Shown here: in pieces, positions 45,190-53,756 of the stretch | Numbering within the stretch: position 1 is the first letter of the stretch | Layout of the letters: each line of letters opens with the position of its first letter | Source of the DNA: Clostridia bacterium | Lineage (GTDB): Bacteria; Bacillota; Clostridia; Oscillospirales; Acutalibacteraceae | DNA: 64,000 bases | Direction of reading: 5' to 3' | Assembly (NCBI GenBank): GCA_017537195.1 | Contig: JAFYLF010000045.1 | Location: forward strand, 951-64,950 | Program-made: the position numbers and the translations under genes | Notes under the pieces: model-generated | What the model was told of the DNA's origin: nothing | What the model saw: the letters and a program-made list of their open reading frames with translations, nothing else | Databases searched by the model: none

Positions 45190-45419
45190 TAAAGTGATAT
45201 TTACGGACAGTAGCTTGGAATGATGTTTCAAGAGAGGCGGGTCTAGGGCTGAAAATCCGCTAAACAGTACTCAAGTGAGACCGCCGTATAGCGCTGTGGG
45301 TAGCAACACAGACGTAAAACCTGCGTTAAAGGTACAAAGAGCCGTATTTAATACGGAATTTGGGTGGAACCGCGGAGAAATTATGCTTCGTCCCTTGTGG
45401 GACGAAGTTTTTATTTTTT
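45190..45419 (+). promoter_or_regulatory. T-box leader (threonine) with terminator
   Basis: AGAGAGG stem I start. T-box sequence AATTTGGGTGGAACCGCGG at 45357-45375. Terminator CTTCGTCCC TTGT GGGACGAAG (45386-45407) plus T-run. Thr codons ACU and ACC both occur on the 3' side of stem I. Confidence 0.85.
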
Positions 45420-45431
45420 AGGAGGATTTTT

Positions 45432-47378
45432 ATGATTAAAATCACATTAAAAGGCGATGTTGTAAAGGAATTTGAAAGTGGAATTACCGCTTACGAGGTT
45501 GCTAAAGAAATTAGTATGGGACTTGCAAAGGCGGCTTGCGCTGTTAGAATTAACGGCGAGAATGCAGATTTGCGCACAGTTCTCACCGAAGATTGTAATC
45601 TTGAAATATTGACCTTTGACGACGAATACGGCAGATGGACCTTCCGTCACACTGCTTCGCATATTTTGGCGCAGGCGGTTAAAAGACTTTATCCAAATGT
45701 GAAATTGGCAATTGGTCCTGCTGTGGATGACGGTTTTTATTACGACTTTGATATTGACCAAAAATTCACTCCCGAAGACCTTCTTAAAATAGAAGAAGAA
45801 ATGAAGAAAATCGTTAAAGAAGATATTAAACTTGAGCGATTTGTTTTACCGCAAGCTGAAGCTGTTGCAAAATTCAAAGCCGAGGACGAGCCCTATAAGG
45901 TAGAACTTGCAGAAGGTATTCCCGAAAATGAAGAAATCAGTTTTTATTCACAAGGAGATTTCACTGACCTTTGTGCAGGTGCACACCTTATGTCAACGGG
46001 CGCTGTTAAGGCTTTCAAACTCACTTCAGCTACAGGCGCTTATTGGCGTGGAGATTCTTCAAAGAAAATGCTTTGCCGTGTTTACGGTACTGCTTTCCCG
46101 AAGGCAAGTATGCTTGAAGAACACCTTACAATGCTTGAAGAAGCAAAGAAACGCGACCACAATAAGCTTGGTAGAGAATTAGAAATCTTTACAACGGTTG
46201 ATGTTATCGGTCAAGGACTTCCAATTATGCTTCCAAAGGGCACAAAAATTCTTCAAATTCTTCAGCGCTTTGTTGAAGACGAGGAAGAAAGAAGAGGTTG
46301 GCTTCGTACAAAGACTCCGCTTATGGCAAAGAGCGACCTTTATAAGATTTCAGGTCACTGGGACCACTATTTAGACGGTATGTTTGTTTTGGGTGACCCG
46401 ACAGATGATAGTAAAGAGTGCTTTGCACTTCGCCCGATGACCTGTCCGTTCCAGTATCAAGCATACTTAAACCGTGCACGTTCATACCGTGATTTGCCGC
46501 TTCGCTACGGCGAAACCTCAACCCTTTTTAGAAACGAAGAATCAGGTGAGATGCATGGTCTTATTCGAGTTCGCCAGTTCACAATTTCGGAAGGTCACCT
46601 TATTTGTACTCCCGAACAGCTTGAGGACGAATTTAAGGGAAGCTTAGAGCTTGCAATTTATATGCTTAAAACCTTGGGACTTTATGAAGATGTTTCCTAC
46701 CGTTTCTCACAATGGGATCCGAATGATAGCGAAAAGTATATTGGTACACCTGAGCAGTGGGCGGAAGCACAGGATATGATGTCAAAAATTCTTGACCATT
46801 TGGAGATTCCTTATAAGGTGGGTATTGGTGAAGCCGCATTCTACGGACCAAAGCTCGACATTCAAATCAAGAATGTTTACGGCAAGGAAGACACCCTTAT
46901 CACAATTCAAATTGATCAAATGTTAGCCGAAAAATTCGGTATGGAATATGTTGACCGCGACGGTCAAAAGAAAAACCCATACATCATTCACCGCACTTCT
47001 ATCGGTTGCTATGAGCGTACATTAGCGCTTCTAATTGAAAAGTACGCAGGTGCTTTCCCAATGTGGTTGGCGCCCACACAGGTTAAGATTTTACCGATTG
47101 CTGACAGACATCTTGATTACGCTTATGATGTTAAAAAACAGCTTGAAGCAAAGGGTATGAGAGTTGAACTTGACGACCGCAACGAAAAAATCGGTTATAA
47201 AATCAGGGAAGCCAGACTTCAAAAAGTGCCTTATATGTTGGTTATCGGTGATAGTGAGGTTGAAGCGGGTACAGTAGCAGTTCGTCAGCGTGGTGAAAAC
47301 GGTGACTTAGGCGCTATGAAGACCGAAGAATTCATCGTCCGTGCAGTAGAAGAAATTGAAACAAAGGTTATAAAATAA
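45432..47378 (+). CDS. thrS: threonine--tRNA ligase
   Basis: ATG at 45432 (MIKITLKGD..., TGS domain) follows AGGAGGA. Class II motifs (FRNEESGEMHGLIRVRQF, GEAAFYGPKLD). The extension to 45360 in the ORF track lies inside the T-box leader. Confidence 0.95.
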   Translation: MIKITLKGDVVKEFESGITAYEVAKEISMGLAKAACAVRINGENADLRTVLTEDCNLEILTFDDEYGRWTFRHTASHILAQAVKRLYPNVKLAIGPAVDDGFYYDFDIDQKFTPEDLLKIEEEMKKIVKEDIKLERFVLPQAEAVAKFKAEDEPYKVELAEGIPENEEISFYSQGDFTDLCAGAHLMSTGAVKAFKLTSATGAYWRGDSSKKMLCRVYGTAFPKASMLEEHLTMLEEAKKRDHNKLGRELEIFTTVDVIGQGLPIMLPKGTKILQILQRFVEDEEERRGWLRTKTPLMAKSDLYKISGHWDHYLDGMFVLGDPTDDSKECFALRPMTCPFQYQAYLNRARSYRDLPLRYGETSTLFRNEESGEMHGLIRVRQFTISEGHLICTPEQLEDEFKGSLELAIYMLKTLGLYEDVSYRFSQWDPNDSEKYIGTPEQWAEAQDMMSKILDHLEIPYKVGIGEAAFYGPKLDIQIKNVYGKEDTLITIQIDQMLAEKFGMEYVDRDGQKKNPYIIHRTSIGCYERTLALLIEKYAGAFPMWLAPTQVKILPIADRHLDYAYDVKKQLEAKGMRVELDDRNEKIGYKIREARLQKVPYMLVIGDSEVEAGTVAVRQRGENGDLGAMKTEEFIVRAVEEIETKVIK

Positions 47379-47380
47379 AC

Positions 47381-47412
47381 AAAAAATCCTTCCAAATTTG
47401 GAAGGATTTTTT
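47381..47412. terminator. bidirectional terminator
   Basis: AAAAAATCCTTCC AAATTT GGAAGGATTTTTT between thrS (+) and the carboxypeptidase gene (-). Confidence 0.8.
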
Positions 47413-47414
47413 GC

Positions 47415-48740
47415 TTATTTATCGTTCTTATCATACGGTATATACTTTACTTTTCGCTTTTTTCTGCCACGGTTTAGGTAGAAGCAAAGGAAAATGAAAA
47501 TCAGCACAGCAATAATTAGCACAATATAAACAATTTTCATATAACCACTGGTAAAGAAGTTTTTAAACGCTCTGGCTATTGCTAATAATTCGCTTTTTTC
47601 GACATCGTTTCCTGCCACCAAATCAACCTTACCGATTTTCTTTTCGGCATAGTAGATTTCGGCTTGTCCTAAAACATCACCCTTTTTAATGGGGGCATCA
47701 ACTGTTTCGGATTTGAAGTTTTTTTTCACAACAAGGGTTGATTGGTCGGCGCCGTTTGGTAAAATTGTAACAAATGGTTTTTTGAAATAAAGGGGCACAA
47801 AGTCGGTATCCATTGAAAGCTCAACCGGAATTTCGCAGACAGGCTCGTCCGAATCGGCAACCTCTTTGTAGGAAAAATTATTGAATGCCCAACGGTATAA
47901 TTCCTTGCTTTCGTAAAAATCGTAACGCTTTGACGGGCTATCGGTACAGCCGAAAAGAATACACATATAGTTATAGCCGTTATAGGAAGCGGTACTCACA
48001 AGGCATCTGCCTGCGGCTTCGGTAAAGCCTGTTTTAACACCGCTCGCATACTGATACCAATAGTTTGTGTTTTTATCTATAAGAAAATTAGTGGTAGATA
48101 ATGTGCGGGTAGTGCCCTTTGTTGTGGTGATTTTGTAACGTGAAGCCGAGGTTACTTTTTTAAAGTATTCAAACTGCAAAGCGTGTTTTGCTAAAATATA
48201 AGTATCTTTAACAGTTGTGTAGGTTTCCTCTTCGTGAAGACCTACGGGGTTCGAATAGTGAGTACCTGTAAGACCTAATTCTTTCGCTTTATCGTTCATC
48301 ATCTTAACAAAATTCTCATAGCTTCCGCCGAAAGTTTCTGCCGCAAGGTAGGTGCAGTCGCCGTAGGAAGACAAGAGAACTGTATATAAAAGGTCGAGTT
48401 GGGTAAGCTCCTCGCCCTCTTCTAAAAGGGATACCGAAAGACCTGTGCCCAATACTACATCAAGACACGCTTTATTTATTTTAACCTTTGCTTGCGGGTT
48501 CCACTTATCGCTTTCAAGCATAAGTACAGCGGTCATAATCTTGGTGATAGAAGCAGGGTAGACCTTTTGGTTTATGTTATTTTCGTAAAGTATTTCTTCA
48601 GTATCAAGCGATATGAGCATACCCGCTTTTGCGGTTATATCAAGCCCTGTTACTTCATAAGCGGAAGCAGTAATGGGGCTCAAAACACATAAAAATGTAA
48701 AAAAACATATAAAAATAATGGAAAAAGTCTTTTTTACCAT
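47415..48740 (-). CDS. D-alanyl-D-alanine carboxypeptidase (S11 family, DacB/DacF-like) with C-terminal membrane anchor
   Basis: Signal peptide. SITKIM (SxxK). Later SNP (SxN-like) and KTG (VKTGFTEAAG) motifs. C-terminal TM plus a basic tail. Confidence 0.8.
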   Translation of the reverse strand: MVKKTFSIIFICFFTFLCVLSPITASAYEVTGLDITAKAGMLISLDTEEILYENNINQKVYPASITKIMTAVLMLESDKWNPQAKVKINKACLDVVLGTGLSVSLLEEGEELTQLDLLYTVLLSSYGDCTYLAAETFGGSYENFVKMMNDKAKELGLTGTHYSNPVGLHEEETYTTVKDTYILAKHALQFEYFKKVTSASRYKITTTKGTTRTLSTTNFLIDKNTNYWYQYASGVKTGFTEAAGRCLVSTASYNGYNYMCILFGCTDSPSKRYDFYESKELYRWAFNNFSYKEVADSDEPVCEIPVELSMDTDFVPLYFKKPFVTILPNGADQSTLVVKKNFKSETVDAPIKKGDVLGQAEIYYAEKKIGKVDLVAGNDVEKSELLAIARAFKNFFTSGYMKIVYIVLIIAVLIFIFLCFYLNRGRKKRKVKYIPYDKNDK

Positions 48741-48832
48741 AGAAATCTCCTCAAAAATGTGTTACAATAATTTTATTATATCACAAATAGAATTTTTTTA
48801 AAGTGTTTTTTGTAAAAAAGAGGTGAAAATAC

Positions 48833-49534
48833 TTGGTATATATAACGGGTGATATGCACGGCGAACTTGAAAGGCTTTATGATAAAAATTTCAGGAAACT
48901 CAAAAGCGGAGATGTGCTTATAGTCTGCGGTGATTTCGGATATATATTTAATGGCGGAAAGACTGAACGAGAGGTTATTGATTATCTTTCAACCAGAAGA
49001 TTTGTAACTGCTTTTGTTGACGGTACGCACGATAATCTTGAAAAAATCGGCCGCTCACGTGTTACATATTGGCACGGCGGAATGGTACATAGAATTAAAG
49101 GCAATTTAATACATTTAATGAGAGGTCAGATTTTTAGTATCGACGGAAACACCTTCTTTACCTTTGGCGGTGGAGAAAGCACCGATAAGGATATGCGCCG
49201 TGAACAAGGTAACTGGTGGAGTGATGAAGAGCCAACTGCGGTTGAAATGGCAGAGGGTGCCAAAGCGCTTGATGAAGTGGGCTTAAAGGTTGATTATATG
49301 ATAACTCACGAACCGCCGTCACTTGTAAAAAGCGCAATGCTTTTAAGAAAGGGCAGTAGTGACCGTGTAAATAAGCTTAACGGTTATTTTGAAGAAATCG
49401 GCAAATCGGTTGATTTTAAGCATTGGTATTTCGGTTCCTTGCACGAAGACCGAAGGATTACCCCACACCATACCTGTGTTTTCAAGAAAATGGTGGCTAT
49501 CCCCCTTAAAAGCGCTACAAAAGACAGCGAATAG
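48833..49534 (+). CDS. metallophosphoesterase family protein
   Basis: ITGDMHGE motif I at the extreme N-terminus requires the TTG start at 48833 (AGAGGTGA RBS). GDFGY and THEPP motifs follow. Confidence 0.7.
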   Translation: MVYITGDMHGELERLYDKNFRKLKSGDVLIVCGDFGYIFNGGKTEREVIDYLSTRRFVTAFVDGTHDNLEKIGRSRVTYWHGGMVHRIKGNLIHLMRGQIFSIDGNTFFTFGGGESTDKDMRREQGNWWSDEEPTAVEMAEGAKALDEVGLKVDYMITHEPPSLVKSAMLLRKGSSDRVNKLNGYFEEIGKSVDFKHWYFGSLHEDRRITPHHTCVFKKMVAIPLKSATKDSE

Positions 49535-49728
49535 GCATTTGCTTGACAAATGTGGTATAATATACGCAGGAAGTCTTGCAAAAGCAATCCTTCGCACTTC
49601 GTGCCATACACACTGTCGTGTGTCTGCGTTATTGTCGGCTTCGTAAAAATGTTTGTGCAAGCACACATTTTTACTTCATGGGTAAATGTATTAATAACGA
49701 AATGAAAATTATATTCGGAGGTTATTTT

Positions 49729-51447
49729 ATGATAAATACCGAAAACTTATGTATGGGTTGTATGAACGATAACGGCGGTGAAGAAATCTGTTCTATTTGC
49801 GGACACGATTCTTCGATTCAAAATCATATTGAAGCTTTGCCAATAAAGTTTATGATAAATAACCGCTACATTGTTGGAAAGACCTTGAAGGTCAACGGAG
49901 AGGGCATTACTTATATTGGTTGGGATAAGGCGACTGACAGCATTGTTAAGATTAAGGAGTATTTCCCGCTTGGTATTGCTGTTCGTAATCCTGACACATC
50001 AGTTGCTATAGCCGAAGATAAAAAATATGTATTTAACGAAGGCTTACTCGAATTTTTGGAAATTAACCGCAATATTATGAAGCAGTCTTTGTCTTCACTT
50101 GTTTGTGTTAACGATGTTTTCGAGTGGTCGGGAACAGCATATGCTGTTTTGGAAAATGTGCAGGGTATTACCTTGCGAGATTTTCTTGACCGCAACGGTG
50201 GAATTTTAAAATGGGAACAGGCAAGAGCGCTTATGCTTCCGCTTATTGATACAATAGGCGCAATGAACGGTATGGGCATAGTACACAAGGGCATATCTCC
50301 CGAGACTATTCTTGTTGGCCGTGACGGTAAGCTTCGCATTACTGATTACAGCATAAATAAATTGCGCATAGCTGGAACAGACATCGAAAGCCAGTTGTTT
50401 GACGGATACGCCGCTATTGAGCAGTATGGTATCTATGATATGCAAATCGGTCAGCATACCGATGTTTACGGCTTTTGCGCCACTCTTTTTAATGTGCTTA
50501 TAGGCACAGAAATTCCAAAAGCAACCTTGAGAATTGAAGACCAAAGTCTTTCTATTCCCGCAAAGTTTGCTGAAGAATTACCCCGTCATGTTTTGGCGGC
50601 TTTGGCAAACGGTTTAAAGGTAAAACCGCAAGAGCGCACAGGCGATATCGAGATACTCAAAAATGAGTTGGTTTATGGCGAAATCGTGGAAAAGGAAGTA
50701 AAATCTACCGCAAAAACCGCACCGCAAGAAGAAGGAAAAACCAAGAAACAAAAAGCTGCTGCTAAATCCAATGCAAAATATGTATTGATATCCGCTTTGG
50801 CTACTGTGCTTGTTTTTGCAGTTGTTGGCGCAATTTTAGTTTTTACTGTTTTTAAGGATGATATTTTCGGAAATGAATCAAAAGTGGTTGACAGTTCTTC
50901 TCTTGATTCAGCCCCTGTTGTTGATGAAATAGGTTCGGTTGATAGTGATGCGGCAGAGAGTGTAAAGCTTTACGCTGTTCCTGATTTTTCGGGTAAAACC
51001 TATGCTGAAATAATGGAAGACGAAGAAAACAAGACCTTTGAGATTTCGATTGCAAACAAGGTTTACTCTGATGAATTTGCAAAGGGTAAGGTATGTAAGC
51101 AATCGGTTGAAAAGGGAAAAGAAGTGGAAAAAAACACTAAAATCGAGCTTACGATAAGTCTTGGCGCAAAAGAATTCAAGATGCCAAATGTGGTAGGCCT
51201 TGACGAGCAAACCGCAAAGCTTGAGCTTTTAAAGGCGGGCTTCCTTTATGAAAATATCGAAGTGCTTGAAAAATATGACGAAAAAAGCGAACCCGGTGTA
51301 ATTTTAACCCAAACCCCTGAACACAGTAATCAGGTTAATGCTGATATTGTGGTTAAAATTTATAAAAACACCTATGAGGGCGAAGAACCTATGGGTGGCG
51401 GCGACGATGACGAGATTTTAGCGGGTATTAAAGAAAATACCCCGTAA
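49729..51447 (+). CDS. zinc-ribbon / degenerate Ser-Thr kinase-like / TM / PASTA-domain protein (predicted pseudokinase)
   Basis: ATG at 49729 follows GGAGGT. N-terminal CMGC...CSIC. Kinase-like fold with VKIKE Lys, but HKGISPET replaces HRDxKxxN (50284-50307) and DYS replaces DFG (50344-50352). One TM segment (YVLISALATVLVFAVVGAILVFTVF). Two PASTA-like repeats at the C-terminus. Confidence 0.7.
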   Translation: MINTENLCMGCMNDNGGEEICSICGHDSSIQNHIEALPIKFMINNRYIVGKTLKVNGEGITYIGWDKATDSIVKIKEYFPLGIAVRNPDTSVAIAEDKKYVFNEGLLEFLEINRNIMKQSLSSLVCVNDVFEWSGTAYAVLENVQGITLRDFLDRNGGILKWEQARALMLPLIDTIGAMNGMGIVHKGISPETILVGRDGKLRITDYSINKLRIAGTDIESQLFDGYAAIEQYGIYDMQIGQHTDVYGFCATLFNVLIGTEIPKATLRIEDQSLSIPAKFAEELPRHVLAALANGLKVKPQERTGDIEILKNELVYGEIVEKEVKSTAKTAPQEEGKTKKQKAAAKSNAKYVLISALATVLVFAVVGAILVFTVFKDDIFGNESKVVDSSSLDSAPVVDEIGSVDSDAAESVKLYAVPDFSGKTYAEIMEDEENKTFEISIANKVYSDEFAKGKVCKQSVEKGKEVEKNTKIELTISLGAKEFKMPNVVGLDEQTAKLELLKAGFLYENIEVLEKYDEKSEPGVILTQTPEHSNQVNADIVVKIYKNTYEGEEPMGGGDDDEILAGIKENTP

Positions 51448-51456
51448 AAAAAGTAC

Positions 51457-51485
51457 TTGATTTTTTAAAATAGTTATGTTATAAT
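51457..51485 (+). promoter_or_regulatory. sigma-A promoter of the rimP-nusA-infB operon
   Basis: TTGATT (51457-51462), 17-nt spacer, TATAAT (51480-51485). Confidence 0.6.
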
Positions 51486-51505
51486 AACGACAGTTCGTAA
51501 GAAAG

Positions 51506-51538
51506 GTGAGTGGCAAGTGAGCCGCTCACTTTTGTTTT
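51506..51538 (+). terminator. leader terminator/attenuator upstream of rimP
   Basis: GTGAGTGGC AAGTGA GCCGCTCAC (9 bp including one G-U) followed by TTTTGTTTT, located between the promoter and the rimP RBS. Confidence 0.6.
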
Positions 51539-51553
51539 GCAAGGAGGTAAAGC

Positions 51554-52006
51554 ATGGCAAACGCTGCTGAAAGAGTGTATGAACTTATAAAAGAAACGGT
51601 TGAAGCACAAGGCGTTGAGCTTTGGGATGTCCGCTTTATTAAAGAGGGGGCTTCGTGGTATTTGCGTGTGTTTATTGATAAGCCTGACGGCATAAATATT
51701 GATGATTGCACCAATGTATCCCATGCTATTGACCCTGTGATTGACGAGGCCGACCCGATTGATAAATCTTATTATCTTGAGGTTTGCTCTTGCGGGTTAG
51801 AACGTGAGCTTGTAAAACCTTGGCATTTTGAAAAGGTTTTAGGGCAAAAGATAAAGGTTAAACTTTATAAAGCGATTGAGGGCGTTAAAGAATTTGAGGG
51901 ACTGCTTATTTCTTGTGAGGATACAGTTAGGATAGACGCCCAAGGCAAAATTTATGAATTTGCTTTAAAAGATATATCAAAAGCAAATTTATGCGATTTT
52001 GAATAA
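51554..52006 (+). CDS. rimP: ribosome maturation factor RimP
   Basis: 150 aa. Conserved position upstream of nusA. The LEVCSCGLEREL segment resembles the RimP SPGLDRPL region. Confidence 0.85.
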   Translation: MANAAERVYELIKETVEAQGVELWDVRFIKEGASWYLRVFIDKPDGINIDDCTNVSHAIDPVIDEADPIDKSYYLEVCSCGLERELVKPWHFEKVLGQKIKVKLYKAIEGVKEFEGLLISCEDTVRIDAQGKIYEFALKDISKANLCDFE

Positions 52007-52031
52007 TATTGTTTGGAGGAATCAAGAAAAA

Positions 52032-53114
52032 ATGGCTAAAGCGAAGAAAACTAAAAAGACTGATAACACTGCGGAATTTTTTACCGCATTGGCTCTTATG
52101 GAAGAAGAAAGAGGTATTCCAAAGGAATTCATAGCAGAAAAGATTGCAGATGCTATTGTTGTGGCTGCTCGTAAAGACTATGGCGGAAATGAAATCGTAT
52201 CCTGCATTATCGATTGCGAAAATCAAATCTTTTCGGTTACAGCACGTAAAACTGTTGTTGACGAGGTTATGGACCCTTATACCGAAATTTCAAAGGAAGA
52301 GGCTGCCGCTATCGACCCAAAATCTATCGAACAAGGCTTTGTTGATATCAAGCTCGATACAAGAAAGTTCGGTCGTGTTGTAGCGCAAAATTCTAAAAAT
52401 AATTTCCGTCAGGGTGTGCGTGAGGCTGAAAGAGGACAGACTTTGGCAGAATTCCAAAGCAAAACCCGTGAGCTTGTTACCGCTGTTGTTCAAAAGATTG
52501 ATCCCAAGACAGGTAACGCTATTCTCACCATCGGTCATAGCGAAGCTACCTTGCCGAAGCTTGAACAAGTGCCTGACGAATTGCTTAAAGAAGGCGACCA
52601 TATCAAAGTTTATGTAGTTGATGTTAAGGAAACCGAACGTGGCGCACGTATTATGTTATCCCGTACACATCCAGGTCTTGTAAAGCGCCTTTTTGAAAAG
52701 GAAGTTCCCGAAATTTTCGACGGTACTATTGAAATTAAGGCAGTATCCCGTCAAGCAGGTTCAAGAACTAAGATTGCTGTATATTCACCAGACCCCGAAG
52801 TAGATGCAGTAGGTGCTTGTATCGGTCCTAAGGGCGAGCGTGTTAATAATATTGTTAACGAGCTTGCAGGCGAAAAAATTGATATCGTAAAATACAGTGA
52901 AGACCCCACACTCTTTGTGGCAGAAGCATTATCTCCCGCAAGAGTTGCAAGGGTTGAAATTGAATCCGAAGAACCCAAGGTTTGCAAGGCAAGTGTTCCC
53001 GAAGAGCAGTTATCCCTTGCAATCGGTAATAAGGGACAAAATGTACGTCTTGCCGCTAAACTTACAGGCTGGAAGATAGACATTCACCCCGAAAGCGGAT
53101 TTTTCGGCGAATAA
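52032..53114 (+). CDS. nusA: transcription termination/antitermination factor NusA
   Basis: ATG at 52032. S1 and KH domains (IGPKGERVNNIVNEL, IGNKGQNVRLAAKLTGWKIDI). The TTG at 51999 in the ORF track is unlikely. Confidence 0.9.
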   Translation: MAKAKKTKKTDNTAEFFTALALMEEERGIPKEFIAEKIADAIVVAARKDYGGNEIVSCIIDCENQIFSVTARKTVVDEVMDPYTEISKEEAAAIDPKSIEQGFVDIKLDTRKFGRVVAQNSKNNFRQGVREAERGQTLAEFQSKTRELVTAVVQKIDPKTGNAILTIGHSEATLPKLEQVPDELLKEGDHIKVYVVDVKETERGARIMLSRTHPGLVKRLFEKEVPEIFDGTIEIKAVSRQAGSRTKIAVYSPDPEVDAVGACIGPKGERVNNIVNELAGEKIDIVKYSEDPTLFVAEALSPARVARVEIESEEPKVCKASVPEEQLSLAIGNKGQNVRLAAKLTGWKIDIHPESGFFGE

Positions 53115-53172
53115 TTTTGTAGGGGACGGCGCCTACGACGTTCCGTAATATTATATAAAGCGAGATTTTATT

Positions 53173-53439
53173 ATGAGTAGTAAAAAAATACCAATGAGAA
53201 TGTGTACCGCATGTCGTGAAATGAAACCTAAAAGAGAGCTTGTGAGAATTGTCAAGACTCCCGAAGGTGAAATTAAGCTTGATTTAACAGGAAAGCAAAA
53301 CGGCAGAGGGGCATATATCTGCAAATCTTGCGAATGTCTTAAAAAGGCGCAAAAAACAGGTGCGCTTTCGAGAGCTTTTTCTTGTGAGATTTCGGCAGAA
53401 ATATATAGCCAGATTGAAAGGGACCTTGAAAAAGAGTGA
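53173..53439 (+). CDS. ylxR: YlxR family RNA-binding protein (DUF448)
   Basis: 88 aa. PMRMCTACREMKPKRELVRIV ... GRGAYIC signature. Follows nusA. Confidence 0.9.
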   Translation: MSSKKIPMRMCTACREMKPKRELVRIVKTPEGEIKLDLTGKQNGRGAYICKSCECLKKAQKTGALSRAFSCEISAEIYSQIERDLEKE

Positions 53440-53756
53440 CTGGTAAGGTTTTAACACTTTTGGGCTTTGCTTCCAAATCGGGAAATCTCGAATTTGGAAT
53501 GGATAAGGCAAGAGAGAGCATAAAAAAGAATAGGTCAAGGCTTATTGTTTGTGCTTGTGACTTGTCACCAAAAAGCCAAAAGGAAATTGCGTTTTTTGCT
53601 CATAATAAAAATATCAATTCTATTATTTTAAAAAATATAACCATAGAAGATTTATCGGCGGCTGTCGGTAGAAAGTGCGGAATAATTTCCGTTAATGATG
53701 ATGGTTTTGCCAATGCAATATCTAAAACTTTAGGAGGCTATGCCAATGACCAATAA
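53436..53756 (+). CDS. ylxQ: L7Ae/YlxQ family RNA-binding protein
   Basis: 106 aa. GTG start overlapping the ylxR stop. [13 protein letters not shown] pattern. Conserved position before infB. Confidence 0.8.
   Translation: MTGKVLTLLGFASKSGNLEFGMDKARESIKKNRSRLIVCACDLSPKSQKEIAFFAHNKNINSIILKNITIEDLSAAVGRKCGIISVNDDGFANAISKTLGGYANDQ

Noticed and set aside
45360-45431. N-terminal extension of thrS given in the ORF track
   Set aside because: The extension lies inside the T-box sequence and terminator of the leader. AGGAGGA followed by the ATG at 45432 gives the canonical TGS-domain N-terminus.
49576-49728. 51-codon N-terminal extension of the PASTA pseudokinase ORF
   Set aside because: It has no RBS and crosses the leader hairpins. 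GGAGGT plus the ATG at 49729 gives the zinc-ribbon N-terminus.
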